This document shows, one piece after another, positions 60,612 to 64,000 of a DNA stretch of 64,000 bases (positions are counted from its first letter, which is position 1; every line of letters begins with the position of its first letter). A program made the position numbers and the translations under genes. The stretch comes from Raja brachyura (taxonomy: Eukaryota), in assembly GCA_963514005.1 (NCBI GenBank), contig OY740783.1:6324001-6388000 (forward strand), written 5' to 3'. Below the pieces are notes generated by a model. It did no database searches, had not been told where the DNA came from, and saw nothing but the letters and a program-made list of their open reading frames with translations.

Positions 60612-63385
60612 AGAATCCAGGGGTATTCAATATTCAGGAGGGATAGACGAAAAGGAAAAGGAGGTGGGGTAGCGTTGCTGGTGAGAGAGGAGATTAATGC
60701 AATAGAAAGGAAGGACATTAGCGTGGAGGATGTGGAATCGATATGGGTAGAGCTGCGAAACTCTAAGGGGCAGAAAACGCTAGTGGGAGCTGTGTACAGG
60801 CCACCTAACAGTAGTATTGGAGTTGGGGATGGCATCAAACAGGAAATTAGAAATGCTTGCAACAAGGGTAACACTGTTATAATGGGTGACTTCAATCTGC
60901 ATGTAGATTGGGTGAATCAAATTGGCAGGGGTGCTGAGGAAGAGGATTTCCTGGAATGTATGCGGGATAGTTTTCTCAACCAACATGTAGAGGAACCAAC
61001 GAGAGAGCAGGCTATTCTAGACTGGGTATTGAGTAATGAGGAAGGGTTAGTTAGCAGTCTTGTTGTGCGTGGCCCCTTGGGCAAGAGCGACCATAATATG
61101 GTAGAGTTCTTCATTAGGATGGAGAGTGACAAAATTAAGTCAGAAACAAGGGTTCTGAACTTGAACAAAGGTAACTTTGAAGGTATGAGATGTGAATTGG
61201 CCAAGATAGACTGGCAGGTGATTCTTAACGGGTTGACAGTGGATGTGCAATGGAAGGTATTTAAAGACTGCATGGATGAAGTACAAAAGTTGTTCATACC
61301 AGTTTGGCAAAAGAATAAATCGGGGAAGGTGGTGCATCCATGGATAACGAGGGAAATCAGGGATAGTATAAAAACAAAAGATGAGGCATACAAATTTGCC
61401 AGAAAAAGCAGCCTACCGGAGGACTGGGAGAAATTCAGAATCCAGCAGAGGAGGACAAAGGGCTTAATTAGGAAAGGGAAAATAGATTATGAAAGGAAAC
61501 TGGCAGGGAACATAAAAACTGACTGCAAAAGTTTTTATAGATATGTGAAGAGAAAGAGACTAGTTAAAACAAATGTTGGTCCCTTGCAGTCAGAAACAGG
61601 TGAATTGATCATGGGGAACAAGGACATGGCAGACCAATTGAATAACTACTTTGGTTCTGTCTTCACTAAGGAGGACATAAATAATCTGCCGGAAATAGCA
61701 GTGGAACGGGGGTCAAATAAGATGGAGGAACTGAGTGAAATCCAGGTTAGCCGGGAGGTGGTGTTGGGTAAATTGAACGGATTGAAGGCCGATAAATCCC
61801 CAGGGCCAGATAGTCTGCATCCCAGAGTACTCAAGGAGGTAGCCACAGAAATAGTGGATGCATTAGTGATAATTTTTCAAAATTCCTTAGATTCTGGAGT
61901 AGTTCCTGAGGATTGGAGGGTAGCTAATGTAACGCCACTTTTTAAAAAAGGAGGGAGAGAGAAAGCGGGGAATTACAGACCAGTTAGTCTAACATCGGTA
62001 GTGGGGAAACTGCTAGAGTCAGTTATTAAAGATGGGATAGCAGCGTATTTGGAAAGTGGTGAAATCATTGGACAAAGTCAGCATGGATTTACGAAAGGTA
62101 AATCATGTCTGACAAATCTGATAGAATTTTTCGAGGATGTAACTAGTAGAGTGGATAAGGGAGAACCAGTGGATGTGTTATATCTAGACTTTCAGAAGGC
62201 TTTCGACAAGGTCCCGCATAAGAGATTAGCATACAAACTTAAAGCACACGGTATTGGGGGTTCAGTATTGATGTGGATAGAGAACTGGCTAGCAGACAGG
62301 AGGCAAAGGGTAGGAGTAAACGGGTCCTTTTCAGAATGGCAGGCAGTGACTAGTGGGGTGCTGCAAGGCTCAGTGCTGGGACCCCAGCTATTTACAATAT
62401 ATATTAATGATTTGGACGAGGGAATTCAATGCAACATCTCCAAATTTGCAGATGATACCAAGCTGGGGGGTATAGTTAGGTGTGAGGAGGATGCTTGGAG
62501 GCTGCAGGGTGATTTGGATAGGCTGAGTGAATGGGCAGATGCATGGCAGATGCAGTATAATGTGGATAAATGTGAGGTTATCCACTTTGGTGGCAAAAAC
62601 ATGAGGGTAGACTATTATCTGAATGGTGGCAGATTAGGAAAGGGGGAGATGCAACGAGACCTGGGTGTCATGGTACACCAGTCATTGAAAGTAGGCATGC
62701 AGGTGCAGCAGGCAGTGAAGAAAGCAAATGGTATGTTAGCATTCATAGCGAAAGGATTTGAGTATAGGAGCAGGGAGGTTCTACTGCAGTTGTACAGGGT
62801 TTTGGTGAGGCCACACCTGGAGTATTGCATACAGTTTTGGTCTCCAAATCTGAGGAAAGACATCCTTGCCATAGAGGGGGTACAGAGAAGATTCACCAGA
62901 CTGATTCCTGGGATGGCAGGACTTTCATATGAGGAAAGATTGGACAGACTCGGGTTGTACTCGCTGGAATTTAGAAGATTGAGGGGGGATCTTATAGAAA
63001 CTTACAAAATTCTTAAGGGGTTAGACAAGCTAGATGCTGGAAGATTGTTCCTGATGTTGGGGGAGTCCAGAACAAGGGGTCACAGTCTAAGGATAAGGGG
63101 GAATTCCTTTAGGACCGAAATGAGGAAAACATTCTTTACACAGAGAGTGGTGAGTCTCTGGAATTCTCTGCCACAGAAGGTAGTTGAGGCCAGTTCATTG
63201 GCTATATTTAAGAGGGCGTTAGATGTGGCACTTGTGGCTAAAGGGATCAGGGGGTATGGAGAGAAGGCAGGTACAGGATACTGAGTTGGATGATCAGCCA
63301 TGATCACATTGAATGGCGGTGCAGGCTCGAAGGGCCGAATGGCCTCCTCCTGCACCTATTTTCTATGTTTCTATGTTTCTATGTT
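60612..63385 (+). mobile_element. Young CR1 LINE with an uninterrupted near-complete ORF2 (APE + RT), 5'-truncated
   Basis: Open frame to 63284 with GGGVALLV, YRPP, MGDFN, SDHN and RT motifs; (TTTCTATG)n tail; lacks ORF1 and the APE N-terminus. Confidence 0.95.
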
Positions 63386-64000
63386 TAATAATGTTGGTAT
63401 GGAGCGAGCGCTGGGTCAAGGAACTGCCCCCCCTCCCCATTCCAGCCTTCGGAATGTTCCCACAAACTACCAGTTCTGGATTTCTTTACCTCAAGTGGAC
63501 GTGGATATAATCTCCATTATATTATCAGATGACGAGCAGAAAACCATCTGAAGCATTCACCATGCTTTTGAATCGGTTGTAGATTTGCATGGCGCACGGC
63601 ATAATTCTGAAATGCGTTGGTAGGGACAATTAGATTCTGTTTCTGTCTGTCAGTGTTCTAATCTGGGACTTCTATTTCTGAGATTATTTACATCAATGCG
63701 CCGGTCGCGTCCAGGTGCGCTCACATCTAAAAAAACACAAAAACAATGTTCCTCAAAGTGTTTTTCGCAACTGACCAGAGGGATTATTTTCTGGCTACTA
63801 CTGGCAGCAATAGTAAAGTGACCTGAGATTTCCCGGACAGGATTATCAGGCCCGTACAAAGCTTTTCAAAACGGGGGGTGGCATGACAGGATTACAAAAA
63901 TGTTAATGTGAAATAATGTCCGCGCTGCGCACATCACGAGCGCAAAGCGTGAAGTCCCTCAATGCAGGGGTTTTAGATGCTCTCTGATGCATTCTGAGCC

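Noticed and set aside
63583-63590. Isolated octamer ATTTGCAT
   Set aside because: A single 8-mer is expected by chance in 64 kb, and no gene context is visible in the window.
12050-64000. Additional VH, light-chain, TCR or other host exons upstream
   Set aside because: I recognised no Ig-domain motifs, RSS pairs or credible spliced ORFs, and the listed ORFs are TE-derived or antisense shadows. Short or highly decayed exons could have been missed by eye.
63847-64000. Possible start of a DNA transposon (CAGGCCCGTAC...)
   Set aside because: It is cut by the window edge, so no second TIR or TSD can be checked.

Overview
Vertebrate genomic DNA from a cartilaginous fish (probably a skate or ray; inferred from the Ig sequence type and repeat content). 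The first ~11 kb hold, on the minus strand, the 5' part of an unrearranged, cluster-type IgM heavy-chain gene: leader exon (11032-11077), VH (10569-10869), D1 (9940-9951), D2 (9616-9623), JH (9174-9221), Cmu1 (3145-3441) and Cmu2 (308-619). The RSS pattern is complete (23 / 12-D1-22 / 12-D2-12 / 23) and all splice sites are in phase. Later C exons must lie left of the window. In the remaining ~53 kb I found no further Ig segment or host gene. It is a dense nest of CR1 LINEs of several families and ages, with Penelope-like fragments carrying minimal hammerhead-ribozyme motifs, one end-to-end non-autonomous Helitron and one Helitron helicase remnant, a dead IR/DR Tc1 transposon, a Harbinger-type MITE, Rex1, L1 and Crack-like fragments, minisatellites, and an old local duplication. 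The most notable observations are an octamer-bearing inverted duplication in the JH-Cmu intron, a degenerate VH RSS nonamer, Leu at the conserved VH Trp, a ~390-bp-arm CR1 hairpin abutting the VH promoter, and ~100-bp hammerhead-containing retro-insertions with TSDs. Repeat boundaries are approximate unless stated otherwise.
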